Shown here in pieces: positions 1-8,396 of a stretch of 32,278 nucleotides of DNA. Below the pieces are notes generated by a model. That model saw only the letters and a program-made list of their open reading frames with translations. It was not told where the DNA came from and made no database searches. Location: IMG/VR virus record IMGVR_UViG_3300021142_000017. One strand, given 5' to 3'. The DNA comes from an uncultured virus (IMG/VR IMGVR_UViG_3300021142_000017) (taxonomy: Duplodnaviria > Heunggongvirae > Uroviricota > Caudoviricetes). The stretch's first letter is position 1, and every line of letters starts with the position of its first letter. The position numbers and the translations under genes were made by a program.

Positions 1-230
1 ATGCCGCCCCATATACCGTGCTGTTCATCCATAGACTCTGCGTACAATAAACATTCTTTACGCACTGGACATTCTGGTAAACCGTCTTTGCCGTAACAGA
101 CAGCCTTAGATACCTCTGCTATAGCTCTATATTTAGATTTGTCTCTTGGTGGATACCAAAGTTCGGTGTCCATTCCTTGGCATTTGGCGTCATATCGCCA
201 GCCTTCTTTGTGTCCGACATCGTCGTACAT
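1..230 (-). CDS. whiB: WhiB-family Fe-S transcription factor (C-terminus runs off the window)
   Basis: Not in the ORF track. Manual translation from ATG at 230: MYDDVGHKEGWRYDAKCQGMDTELWYPPRDKSKYRAIAEVSKAVCYGKDGLPECPVRKECLLYAESMDEQHGIWGG. It has four Cys, CPVRxEC and the GIWGG turn. SD AGGAG at 236-240. Confidence 0.93.
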   Translation of the reverse strand, partial: MYDDVGHKEGWRYDAKCQGMDTELWYPPRDKSKYRAIAEVSKAVCYGKDGLPECPVRKECLLYAESMDEQHGIWGG

Positions 231-553
231 GTATGCTCCTGAAGAGTATGGAGCAGTTCAAGAAAATCATCTTCAGTCAACATAACGTAATTTTCATTAT
301 TTAAACTGAAACCGAGGACAGGTGTCCGACTATCAAGAATCGCTTCTTTAACAATCTTTTCCAAAACCGCCGCTTTAACGGTAAAGGAAGCTTTGCCCGT
401 CCACTTGTGTTCAATTAAATAATCACTGGAACGAACATCACCTTTACGATTCCAAAAGGCTCCGCTGGCTGCTGTGCGCTTACCATCAAATACTTTTGCT
501 AATCGTGCCTCGTGCTTCTGAGACTCTTTCTGACCCTTACTCTTCATACGCAA
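119..553 (-). CDS. Holliday junction resolvase-like PD-(D/E)xK nuclease
   Basis: HEARLAK...ASGA...KGDV...LIEHK pattern of archaeal-type/phage resolvases. It lies directly downstream of recA. The true start may be the second Met. Confidence 0.75.
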   Translation of the reverse strand: MRMKSKGQKESQKHEARLAKVFDGKRTAASGAFWNRKGDVRSSDYLIEHKWTGKASFTVKAAVLEKIVKEAILDSRTPVLGFSLNNENYVMLTEDDFLELLHTLQEHTCTTMSDTKKAGDMTPNAKEWTPNFGIHQETNLNIEL

Positions 554-1580
554 ACTTAGACCCAGCTTTAATGGAGTCTAATACGTCCCGTTCAAGGGCC
601 TCTTTTAAGTCAATCTCTTCCCGTATTGAGATAAGCATAGCATCACTGCCTTGCCATTGTCTATCGGCGTACCGATAGTAAGCACCAGCTCTTACAATAA
701 CTTTATTGACAATGCCAATAGATAGTATCTCTTTAGCAAAATCAAACTGACCTGCTAAATCTCCTGAGAAATAGAAGTCAACTACCGCTGTAGTAGATGG
801 TGGGGCTGACTTATTCTTTAATACACGGACCTTAATAGACTGACCAATACGGCGTTTTTCTTGACCAGAACCCTCTTCTAACCAATCATCTCGCTTTACC
901 TCTATACGGCAAAAGAAGGCATAGTCCTTGCCTAATCCACCTGGGGTAGTGCGTGGGTCTCCATACATAACGCCAATCTTTGAGCGCCATTGGTTGATAA
1001 TTATGCCGATAAATGGCCTTTCGTATTCTGTCAATGAGCGCTTAGAAGCTAAACCCACCTTACGAAAGAACTTATTAGTTAAAAGGGCTGAACGTCCTAC
1101 CGTTGACTCTTCCATTTCTTTATCGTTCTCTGATGTTGGAACCAGAGCAGGAAGTGAATCAACAACGATACAATCAACAGCCTTGCTTTCCACGATTTGA
1201 ATGACTGCTTCATAGGCTTCTTCCATTATATTAGTTGATACTACATAGACTCGTGAAGTGTCTACGCCACACATTTCTGCGTACTTAGGCACCCATTGTT
1301 CTGCAGCAACCCACACGGTTGTAAAATCTGGGTTCTTTGCTTGATTAGCTGCAATAGTTTTAAGCGCTAGTGCTGTCTTGCCATTACTAGCTTCACCGAT
1401 AATTTCATGCCATTGATTAATTGGCCATCCACCGCCAAGAGCCACATCAACAGCAACTGAACCTGTTGTTAATCTATCTAAAATGTCTTCTCTAATATCT
1501 GAACCTAAAATAATAGTATCCGCGCCCATTTTTTTATTGATAGCGCTAAATACTTTTGCTAAATCTCCTGTTATTGCCAT
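537..1580 (-). CDS. recA: RecA/UvsX-like recombinase
   Basis: TGSVAVDVALGGGWP, Walker A GEASNGKT, IVVDS, INQWR..IGVMYGDPRTTPGG, KNK.APP. Start moved to ATG 1580 (TAATG overlap with the upstream stop), giving 347 aa. Confidence 0.95.
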   Translation of the reverse strand: MAITGDLAKVFSAINKKMGADTIILGSDIREDILDRLTTGSVAVDVALGGGWPINQWHEIIGEASNGKTALALKTIAANQAKNPDFTTVWVAAEQWVPKYAEMCGVDTSRVYVVSTNIMEEAYEAVIQIVESKAVDCIVVDSLPALVPTSENDKEMEESTVGRSALLTNKFFRKVGLASKRSLTEYERPFIGIIINQWRSKIGVMYGDPRTTPGGLGKDYAFFCRIEVKRDDWLEEGSGQEKRRIGQSIKVRVLKNKSAPPSTTAVVDFYFSGDLAGQFDFAKEILSIGIVNKVIVRAGAYYRYADRQWQGSDAMLISIREEIDLKEALERDVLDSIKAGSKFAYEE

Positions 1581-1966
1581 TAAATGTGTCCAATGATTCC
1601 TTGTGGATTCCATCCACCTGTGGCAACTTGTTTTGCTGGAATAGCTGGGCCACCTGTTGCTTGTGGACCTGCTGCACCCATTCCACTACCTGATTGAACC
1701 AATGGATAACCGCAGTCATAGCAACGCGCTTTTGACTCAGGTGCCATTGGAGACCTGCCGTAATTTTTACTTCCACAACCTGGGCATGTTGAAGATTCTA
1801 TTGAAGCAACTGGGCGCGCAGTTGATTGCACTTGTGGTTCTTGCATCAATTCATGCGCTGGGGTTTGATGTTGCATAGGGGCCTGTTGTGTAGGCTGTTG
1901 GTAATTAGGTTGTTGAGGCGCTGGTGCACCCATCTTCTTAGCAAACCAATCTGCACTATTCGCCAT
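1580..1966 (-). CDS. Hypothetical protein: Gln/Pro-rich N-terminus plus zinc ribbon
   Basis: CPGC...CYDC pair. Its stop overlaps the recA start, and its start lies within the end of the upstream gene. Confidence 0.7.
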   Translation of the reverse strand: MANSADWFAKKMGAPAPQQPNYQQPTQQAPMQHQTPAHELMQEPQVQSTARPVASIESSTCPGCGSKNYGRSPMAPESKARCYDCGYPLVQSGSGMGAAGPQATGGPAIPAKQVATGGWNPQGIIGHI

Positions 1967-2435
1967 TTAAGTATTTCTCCATATCTACTTCTATGTCTGA
2001 TGTTATACCTGTTATATGAAAAAGGTCAAGTTCGGCTCCAATTGAAAAAGCACCTATTAAAGTAGATAAAGCTACTGCTTTATAGACCGTAGTCATGTTA
2101 GAAATTTCTGCATCAAATTCTTCTAAAGCCCTTGGGTTATTCTCCTTAAGTTCTTTAAGATGTAAAGAAACAAGAACGTTGGCACTTATGTTAGAAATAG
2201 TTTCTAAATAAGGTATGACGTGAAGAATTTCGCTTATGCGATTATTGCTATCTTCTTTCTCTTTAACATCCCCTTCTTCACTTACTAAACTAAGCCCAAT
2301 ATCCTCTGCAAGTTCATTTGGCTCTACTAACTCTGTGTCATAAAGGTACCAGCGCATGATTGTAGTCATTGGTATGTCAGTCTGGATTGTTTGATACTCA
2401 ATATCTTTTTTAAAAAACTTACTAAACCAACTCAC
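1956..2435 (-). CDS. Hypothetical acidic protein
   Basis: Long ORF. Likely GTG start at 2435 (GTGA overlap with the polA stop), giving 159 aa. Confidence 0.7.
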   Translation of the reverse strand: MSWFSKFFKKDIEYQTIQTDIPMTTIMRWYLYDTELVEPNELAEDIGLSLVSEEGDVKEKEDSNNRISEILHVIPYLETISNISANVLVSLHLKELKENNPRALEEFDAEISNMTTVYKAVALSTLIGAFSIGAELDLFHITGITSDIEVDMEKYLNGE

Positions 2436-4432
2436 TTGGCTTCGCCCCATTTCTGAACAATTTTAATATCAGCTATAAGGGGGATTGAAAGTAAATTAAT
2501 ACCTTCCATAGCCTCACGAATGGCCTCTTTGGTTTTCTCTACAAGATTATCTGGAGCCATGGTGACAAGTTCATCATGCACGGTTAAAAGAAGCTTAGCC
2601 TCTTTAGGAATCATCTTATGTGCCCGTATCATAGCAAGTTTAATAATGTCAGCAGCGGAACCTTGAATGCGCGTGTTGAAAGCTTGACGCTCAGCGCTTG
2701 CCCTATCTGCCGTGTTTCTAGAGGTGATTTCGGGAAGATAACGCCTGCGCTTAAGTATAGTTGTTACATACCCTTTATTACGAGCAACGCCAATAACCCT
2801 AGAACGATACAGGTCTACTGCAGGGAACTTCTCTGAGAAGTCTTTAAGTAGTTTCTTAGCCTCTTGAGGAGTACATCCTATTTGGCGCGCAATTTTATCT
2901 GGGCCAACACCGTATGCAATGGCTAGAACCAAAGCTTTACCTGCTTTGCGGTTTACTCCCATAGTGTCACCTACAGTGGTATAGATGTCTCCACCATCTA
3001 CATAGTTTTGCATCATAATTGGGTCTTTAGACATTACCGCAATAATGCGAGGCTCAATCTGTGAGTAATCGGCAACAACTAATTTATAGTTTTCTGGGGC
3101 AGTAAAAACGTTACGAATCATGCGACCATACTGTTTGTCTTCTGGAACTTTATCTGGGTCTTCTGGGGCAGGAATGTTTTGAAGGTTAGGGTTACGACTA
3201 GAAAAACGTCCAGTCTCGGCGCCCCATTGAACAAAGTCTCCATAAATACGGCCGTTGATAAGTAGGCTTTCTTTTTCTTCTGTCTTAGACTTTCCATTAA
3301 CAGTCTTTGTAATTTCTCCACCTAAGTAAGGAATTACATAGGTAGTCATTAACTTATTAAGGTCCTGATACTCAAGAAGCTTGCCAACCAACTCATCTTT
3401 CTCACGAAAAGGCTCCAAAGACTCAGCTGATACTGAGTACTCCTTATAGGTTAAAGCCTCACCACCTTGTTGAATAAATATCTTTTCTCCTTTACCTGTG
3501 CGCATAACAGGCTTAAGACCTCTACAACCCTCTTCTAAAGGACCATACAATAGGTATTGCTTCTCCTGATTAGAATTCATATTAAATACTCGACCAGCAA
3601 TGCGATAAATATCTGAGGTAATGACTTCAATCTCTTTAGTAAGCTTTTCGTGCAACATCTCTAAAGTATTTTTATCTACTGGTGCTCCTGTTAATTTCAT
3701 GTCACATAAGACCTTAAGAACATCCATCTCTAAATCCATAACAGTAGTGACGTCTGCTGCTTCTAACTTTGGAACCAGCTCTTTCCATAGAAGGAACGTG
3801 TACTTGGCATCAAGATAGGCATACTTAGCAACCTCAGTAAAAGAGTAAATCTCAACCATATACCCAATGCCCTTAACCATTGAGTAACCAAATTCTCTTT
3901 GTAAACAGTCATCAAGACCTAATTTACCTGCATTTTTATTGTTATAAAGAAAAGAGGCCATAAGGGTGTCGAAGTAAGGCCCTATTGGGGTTTCTCCATA
4001 GTATTTTGTAACTGAACCTAAATCAAATACTAGGTTGTGACCTATCTTAAGAATCTTATCGTTAAACATTAATGGTTTAAGCGCCTTAAATACCTCTGCT
4101 GGAAATAACTGTTCTGGCGCTGGACCAAAAGTTTTAATAGCTTTCTTTTTATCTCGTGAGTAATCCAATTCCCGTGGTGGCAAACCTTCTGCCGCTCTCT
4201 TTTCACCCTGACCTGTTAATGGAAAAGTTTCAAATAAAAAATCTCCATTTGGATGACCCATTGGTATTACATCTCCACGCCCGTGTGTGGCAAGACTAAT
4301 CCATAGAACCTCATTAACAGCAGGCACGCCTCGACGGTCACCAACAGTTTCCACGTCAAAAGCAAATGCGTCTTGCTGGAGATAGTATTCAACCATCTCT
4401 TCAAGTTGTTCTTTGGTAGTAATAATATTCAA
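2432..4432 (-). CDS. polA: Family A DNA polymerase (3'-5' exonuclease plus polymerase; no 5'-3' exonuclease)
   Basis: ExoI FDVET, ExoII GHNLVFD, ExoIII YAYLDA; TGRFSSRNPNLQNIP; motif A ADYSQIEPR; motif B RKAGKALVLAIAYG; motif C TVHDEL. TTG start with a GGGG SD. Confidence 0.96.
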   Translation of the reverse strand: MNIITTKEQLEEMVEYYLQQDAFAFDVETVGDRRGVPAVNEVLWISLATHGRGDVIPMGHPNGDFLFETFPLTGQGEKRAAEGLPPRELDYSRDKKKAIKTFGPAPEQLFPAEVFKALKPLMFNDKILKIGHNLVFDLGSVTKYYGETPIGPYFDTLMASFLYNNKNAGKLGLDDCLQREFGYSMVKGIGYMVEIYSFTEVAKYAYLDAKYTFLLWKELVPKLEAADVTTVMDLEMDVLKVLCDMKLTGAPVDKNTLEMLHEKLTKEIEVITSDIYRIAGRVFNMNSNQEKQYLLYGPLEEGCRGLKPVMRTGKGEKIFIQQGGEALTYKEYSVSAESLEPFREKDELVGKLLEYQDLNKLMTTYVIPYLGGEITKTVNGKSKTEEKESLLINGRIYGDFVQWGAETGRFSSRNPNLQNIPAPEDPDKVPEDKQYGRMIRNVFTAPENYKLVVADYSQIEPRIIAVMSKDPIMMQNYVDGGDIYTTVGDTMGVNRKAGKALVLAIAYGVGPDKIARQIGCTPQEAKKLLKDFSEKFPAVDLYRSRVIGVARNKGYVTTILKRRRYLPEITSRNTADRASAERQAFNTRIQGSAADIIKLAMIRAHKMIPKEAKLLLTVHDELVTMAPDNLVEKTKEAIREAMEGINLLSIPLIADIKIVQKWGEAK

Positions 4433-4455
4433 ATTGTGTTCCCCATGTTTAAAGC

Positions 4456-4492
4456 TGGAGGGTTAGAACCAGGGTATGAAACTAACCCTCCA
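4456..4492 (-). promoter_or_regulatory. Stem-loop between ssb and polA (weak terminator, attenuator or RNA element)
   Basis: Perfect 11-bp inverted repeat TGGAGGGTTAG (4456-4466) / CTAACCCTCCA (4482-4492) with a 15-nt loop. It is followed only by GCTTT on the minus strand. Confidence 0.6.
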
Positions 4493-4503
4493 ACAATCAG
4501 TTA

Positions 4504-5178
4504 TTAAAGCAGTGAGTTTGCTACTGCTTCAAGCTCTTCTACAGTGTGCTCTTTAATATCTGCACGTGTAAAAGGCTTCATTGCTATTACTGCTGCTTCA
4601 AATGCATTAATATCAGTAATGCCCCAGTCCTCAGCAAGGTCGCGAGGCTTAATAGCATTAAGGTGATAAACAGTTGCAGCCATCTTACCTGAACGACTAA
4701 TTGCCCAATAGTTCTTGGTCAATGGTCCTTGAGGTGAGAAGTGAGCGGCATGTAGCGACTTAAATAGTCGTGGGGATGCGATTAGCATTTGGCGTTGTGG
4801 TCCACCAGCAGCGCTCAAGTTAGCAATACTAAATGCGCGCTTTTCTTCTGGCTTGCTGCCAAGTTTAGTAATCAACGGGTCATTAGGTCCTGTAGAAACA
4901 TAAGAACGGCGACCTGTTGTTACTTGAGATAGGAAGTGTTGCTTATAGACTGCAAATGGACCTTCTTCGTCCAAGAACTTTACAATCTTAAATTCACCAT
5001 CAACAAATTTAAATTCCTTAGGGAATTCCATTCCTGATGAAGTGTTAGTTGACGCTGCTCCCCAACCAGTTTGAATTGCTGTGCTGGTTGATTGAGCTGG
5101 GCGGTCTGTAATTGGAGTATCCAAGTTAGCGAACTCGTCGTTCTCTACTGCGTACTCTGCTGTTTTGTCTATTGCCAT
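4504..5178 (-). CDS. Putative single-stranded DNA-binding protein
   Basis: VKFLDEEGPFAVYKQHF...YWAISRSG...Y pattern resembling gp32-like actinophage SSBs. It sits immediately upstream of polA. Confidence 0.6.
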   Translation of the reverse strand: MAIDKTAEYAVENDEFANLDTPITDRPAQSTSTAIQTGWGAASTNTSSGMEFPKEFKFVDGEFKIVKFLDEEGPFAVYKQHFLSQVTTGRRSYVSTGPNDPLITKLGSKPEEKRAFSIANLSAAGGPQRQMLIASPRLFKSLHAAHFSPQGPLTKNYWAISRSGKMAATVYHLNAIKPRDLAEDWGITDINAFEAAVIAMKPFTRADIKEHTVEELEAVANSLL

Positions 5179-5210
5179 GTTTGCATATCCTTTTTATCAT
5201 AGTTTTGTTT

Positions 5211-5678
5211 TTAGTTTGTTTCATCAGCACGGATTTTACTCCAAGCCTCGGCAATCTCATTACTGAGCTGTCGGTGTAAGGACCATTCTATACGCTTTAC
5301 GTACAGCAGTCCAGCCGACTCAAATAACTTGATTACTGATTCGACCATTGCCCGTGAATACAGCCTACGGCCTTGATGGTCTTCCCCATTGACATCCTTT
5401 TTAGTAGGAAGTCTGTAGGGTGAAGCAGGTAGGTAGCCCTCTTTAATCCATGCACGTATGGTTATTACAGGGCGTCCTAGTGCTCCCGCAAGCGCACCAA
5501 TAGTAAACATCTCAACGTCTTTACCGTTGGGAAGTGTTTTCTTATATGGTTTTGAATCCCAACCAGCATCCAGAGTTATCTCTGGCTTTTTAGGTTCTGG
5601 GGTTTTGCGCTTACGCTTACTGCCTGGATAATAAACATCCAAGCCAGCAAAAGTAGAATCAATTAAATCATCTGTCAT
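5211..5678 (-). CDS. MerR-like HTH DNA-binding protein
   Basis: FTIGALAGALGRPVITIRAWIKEGYLP...GRRLYS matches the MerR winged-HTH consensus. Confidence 0.8.
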   Translation of the reverse strand: MTDDLIDSTFAGLDVYYPGSKRKRKTPEPKKPEITLDAGWDSKPYKKTLPNGKDVEMFTIGALAGALGRPVITIRAWIKEGYLPASPYRLPTKKDVNGEDHQGRRLYSRAMVESVIKLFESAGLLYVKRIEWSLHRQLSNEIAEAWSKIRADETN

Positions 5679-6079
5679 TTAGCGTCCACAATAAAGGCAT
5701 AGCTAGTTTTTGATGGAAACATAAAGTCAATATCTTCTTCGGTTAGATAGCCTTCGTAGAAGGCAGTCATAATGGCATCTTCATCTAATACAGGAACCAT
5801 CTTAATACATGCGTCTTTAATACCTTTTTTAGAAAGGACTTCTTCTGCCTTATCTATATCTAAATTTTTTGATACCCTGCGTTGGCGAGTAATTTTTACA
5901 TCACCAGTGGCTTCGTCTTCAATTAGAAGTACTCTGTGACCGCTCTCATTAACTTCTACCTCTTCCATAGCTGAATCTAAACGCGCTTTTAATTCATTTT
6001 GGCGCGAACTTAAAAGGGTAATCTCACTTTTAAGGGCAAGGTATTGACGTAAGTTATTTTTGACTACTGATAGTTCCAT
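5675..6079 (-). CDS. Hypothetical protein (N-terminal coiled coil)
   Basis: SD GGGAG, its own promoter, and an ATGA overlap with the MerR gene. Confidence 0.75.
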   Translation of the reverse strand: MELSVVKNNLRQYLALKSEITLLSSRQNELKARLDSAMEEVEVNESGHRVLLIEDEATGDVKITRQRRVSKNLDIDKAEEVLSKKGIKDACIKMVPVLDEDAIMTAFYEGYLTEEDIDFMFPSKTSYAFIVDAK

Positions 6080-6102
6080 GTTGCTCCCTGGTTAGGGACA
6101 AC

Positions 6103-6131
6103 AATCTAATCCTGAACTATTTACTTGTCAA
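6103..6131 (-). promoter_or_regulatory. SigA/sigma70-type promoter for the 134-aa/MerR/SSB/PolA operon
   Basis: TTGACA (6131-6126), 17 nt, TAGATT (6108-6103). The -35 box lies in the last codons of the RHH gene. Confidence 0.8.
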
Positions 6132-6267
6132 GTAGATACGACTCAAGCGCGGTAATGATTACGCTTGTGACTGTGACGCCCTCTTTGGCAGCCTTCTTCT
6201 GGACGGCTTTCCATAGGTCATCAGGTACGCGGATAGTACGCGTAGGGGTCTTAGGTGCGTTTGGCAT
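6121..6267 (-). CDS. Ribbon-helix-helix (Arc/CopG-like) DNA-binding protein, 48 aa
   Basis: Not in the ORF track: MPNAPKTPTRTIRVPDDLWKAVQKKAAKEGVTVTSVIITALESYLLDK. It shows the RHH strand (RTIRV) followed by two helices and fills the intergenic gap. Confidence 0.85.
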   Translation of the reverse strand: MPNAPKTPTRTIRVPDDLWKAVQKKAAKEGVTVTSVIITALESYLLDK

Positions 6268-6276
6268 GCGTATATT

Positions 6277-7866
6277 CTAGACGCTAGACTCAATCAAAAA
6301 CCGCTTTAAACTACCTACATTTAAAGGAACTCCGCCTTTATCATCAATACCTTTGCCATCAATAATAGCGTTAGCAATAGCTGACTTCTGTTGAAGGGCG
6401 TCATATTGCCTTTTTTCAATAGAACCCGCCATAATTATGTCTTGTATAACTACGGCCTTAAACCTTGAAGAAGCTCTTACAATTCGTCCGTTTCTTTGAA
6501 TTGCTGCTCCTGAGGACCAAGGTAAATCATAGTTAATAAGAAGGTTTCCCGAAGGCAAATCAACCCCATAACCGCCAGCATCAGAACTGATGAGCACACG
6601 AATACTTGGGTCTGTATTAAAGGCAATCTTGTTATTTTCCTTAGTTTGAGCGTCTAATTTTCCTGAATATAAAAGGCATTTATCTGAACCTATAGCCTCT
6701 GATATAAAATCAAGCATGTCTACATAAGTAGCAAAAATAACTACTTTGTTTTCTTCATCTTGGTTAAGAAAATCTTCCACATATCGCGCAAGATATTCCA
6801 GTTTAGGTGAACCGTAAATATCATCAAGAGCGCCAGTATCAACAAGCTCGCAAGCATAAGCAGACCCTTCTCCATTTAATAATTTAAACTTTTTTGCGCT
6901 GGTGCGCAGTAAATCTGGATGAGAACAAAGCATCTTAAGCGCGCCAATTTTAGACATAAGCCTGCCACGCATTTCATCTTCAGGACCTCCATTAGAAGAT
7001 GACTCACCGTAATGGGCAAGAAGATTAAAATTGCTACCAAATAAAGCTTGAGCCTCATCCAAATCATATAAAAGGTCATCAACTATACGTGTATAAAGTT
7101 TGCTAGATGTTCTATTAAAAGTAATTTCAATAGGTTCTTTGTGGATGGCACTTGGAAGATAAGGGGCCACATCTGGGTCACTCTGTGCCTTTCGTACTGA
7201 AGCTTCTTTTATAAGGTTGTGAAATAGTGGAAGGTTTTTATACCTTAGAACCCCTCCCCAATTATTTCTAACAATAAAAGTAGATTCAAAATACTCAAAT
7301 GATTTTAAAACTCCAGGGTCAATAAACTGCATAATGGAAAACAACTCTTCTGGTTTTCCGTTTTCAATAGGTGTTCCAGTAAGAGCAAATCTAAAAGGGG
7401 CGTTTTTTAATTTCTTAACTGATTTAGTTCGTTTGCTTTTAAAAGACTTAATTGCTGTTGCTTCGTCAAGTACGACAAATCCTCTTGGGAGTTTTTCAAC
7501 ATATTTCCAGTCCTTGACAACTTGCTCATAATTGAGGATAACGTAATCGACATTAGACTCTCTCCAGTTATATGCGTCCTCGTATTGTTTAAGTCGTTTG
7601 GCTGGAGTTCCATCAATGACCAAAGAGTTTGAAGTGCCACTTGTAAATTTCTCAATCTGATTAGCCCACTGGTATTTAAGTGAGGATAAACAAATGATAA
7701 GGCCTGGCTCTTTAATTTTCTTCTCATCCATAAGGCGTTCTAAAGCGGCTATGGTTAAAACCGTTTTACCTAAACCTAGGTCATAGGCAACTAGCATGCG
7801 CGACTCTTCGCACATCCTATTTACTGCCTCAGGTTGGTAAGGAAGCAAAGTCCCCGTGAAAGTCAT
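6277..7866 (-). CDS. SNF2-family (SF2) helicase
   Basis: LLPYQ, YDLGLGKT, LDEAT, ALTGTPIEN, SSDAGGYGVDL, QRNGRIVR. Confidence 0.92.
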   Translation of the reverse strand: MTFTGTLLPYQPEAVNRMCEESRMLVAYDLGLGKTVLTIAALERLMDEKKIKEPGLIICLSSLKYQWANQIEKFTSGTSNSLVIDGTPAKRLKQYEDAYNWRESNVDYVILNYEQVVKDWKYVEKLPRGFVVLDEATAIKSFKSKRTKSVKKLKNAPFRFALTGTPIENGKPEELFSIMQFIDPGVLKSFEYFESTFIVRNNWGGVLRYKNLPLFHNLIKEASVRKAQSDPDVAPYLPSAIHKEPIEITFNRTSSKLYTRIVDDLLYDLDEAQALFGSNFNLLAHYGESSSNGGPEDEMRGRLMSKIGALKMLCSHPDLLRTSAKKFKLLNGEGSAYACELVDTGALDDIYGSPKLEYLARYVEDFLNQDEENKVVIFATYVDMLDFISEAIGSDKCLLYSGKLDAQTKENNKIAFNTDPSIRVLISSDAGGYGVDLPSGNLLINYDLPWSSGAAIQRNGRIVRASSRFKAVVIQDIIMAGSIEKRQYDALQQKSAIANAIIDGKGIDDKGGVPLNVGSLKRFLIESSV

Positions 7867-8396
7867 GCAATAAGCATAGCCATTCTGGTCTTAACGGCAA
7901 GTTCCAGGCTATCTAGAGTGCTGTTATTGTGGATAACCCTGTCAAAATCAAAATCATTTAAATCAAGCTCAGAAGTATGGCCGTTTATAGGACCTACAGA
8001 TTCACGTTCAATACGCCAAATCTGACCATTTAATTGCTTAATCATATGGGCTTCATTTTCAAATCTAACATCTGTTATAACATAGTGTTGATTTGGGTCA
8101 TCCATTTTTCTTAAGGCAGAGATAATCCAAATATCATTTCCCATTATTTCTCGACCAGCCATACCAAGCTCTTGTAGAAGACGTCTAACCTCAGAACGTA
8201 ATTTTAGATTTTCCCAACCAATATCACGAAGCTCTTCATTTAAGCGGCTTCCATTTTCTAAAATAGGGTTAACAAAAACAAGCATGTCTCTAATAGGGTC
8301 TGCAAAAGCTATACGTTCAAACCCATATTGATTTATTAAAGTTTTGGCTACAGTGTCTTTTCCACTGCGAGCATAACCAGATAGTCCAATAATCAT
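7863..8396 (-). CDS. Deoxynucleoside monophosphate kinase
   Basis: IIGLSGYARSGKDT, FADPIR, RRLLQELG, ITDVRFENE, HTSE. Start moved to ATG 8396 (ATGA overlap), giving 177 aa. Confidence 0.9.
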   Translation of the reverse strand: MIIGLSGYARSGKDTVAKTLINQYGFERIAFADPIRDMLVFVNPILENGSRLNEELRDIGWENLKLRSEVRRLLQELGMAGREIMGNDIWIISALRKMDDPNQHYVITDVRFENEAHMIKQLNGQIWRIERESVGPINGHTSELDLNDFDFDRVIHNNSTLDSLELAVKTRMAMLIA

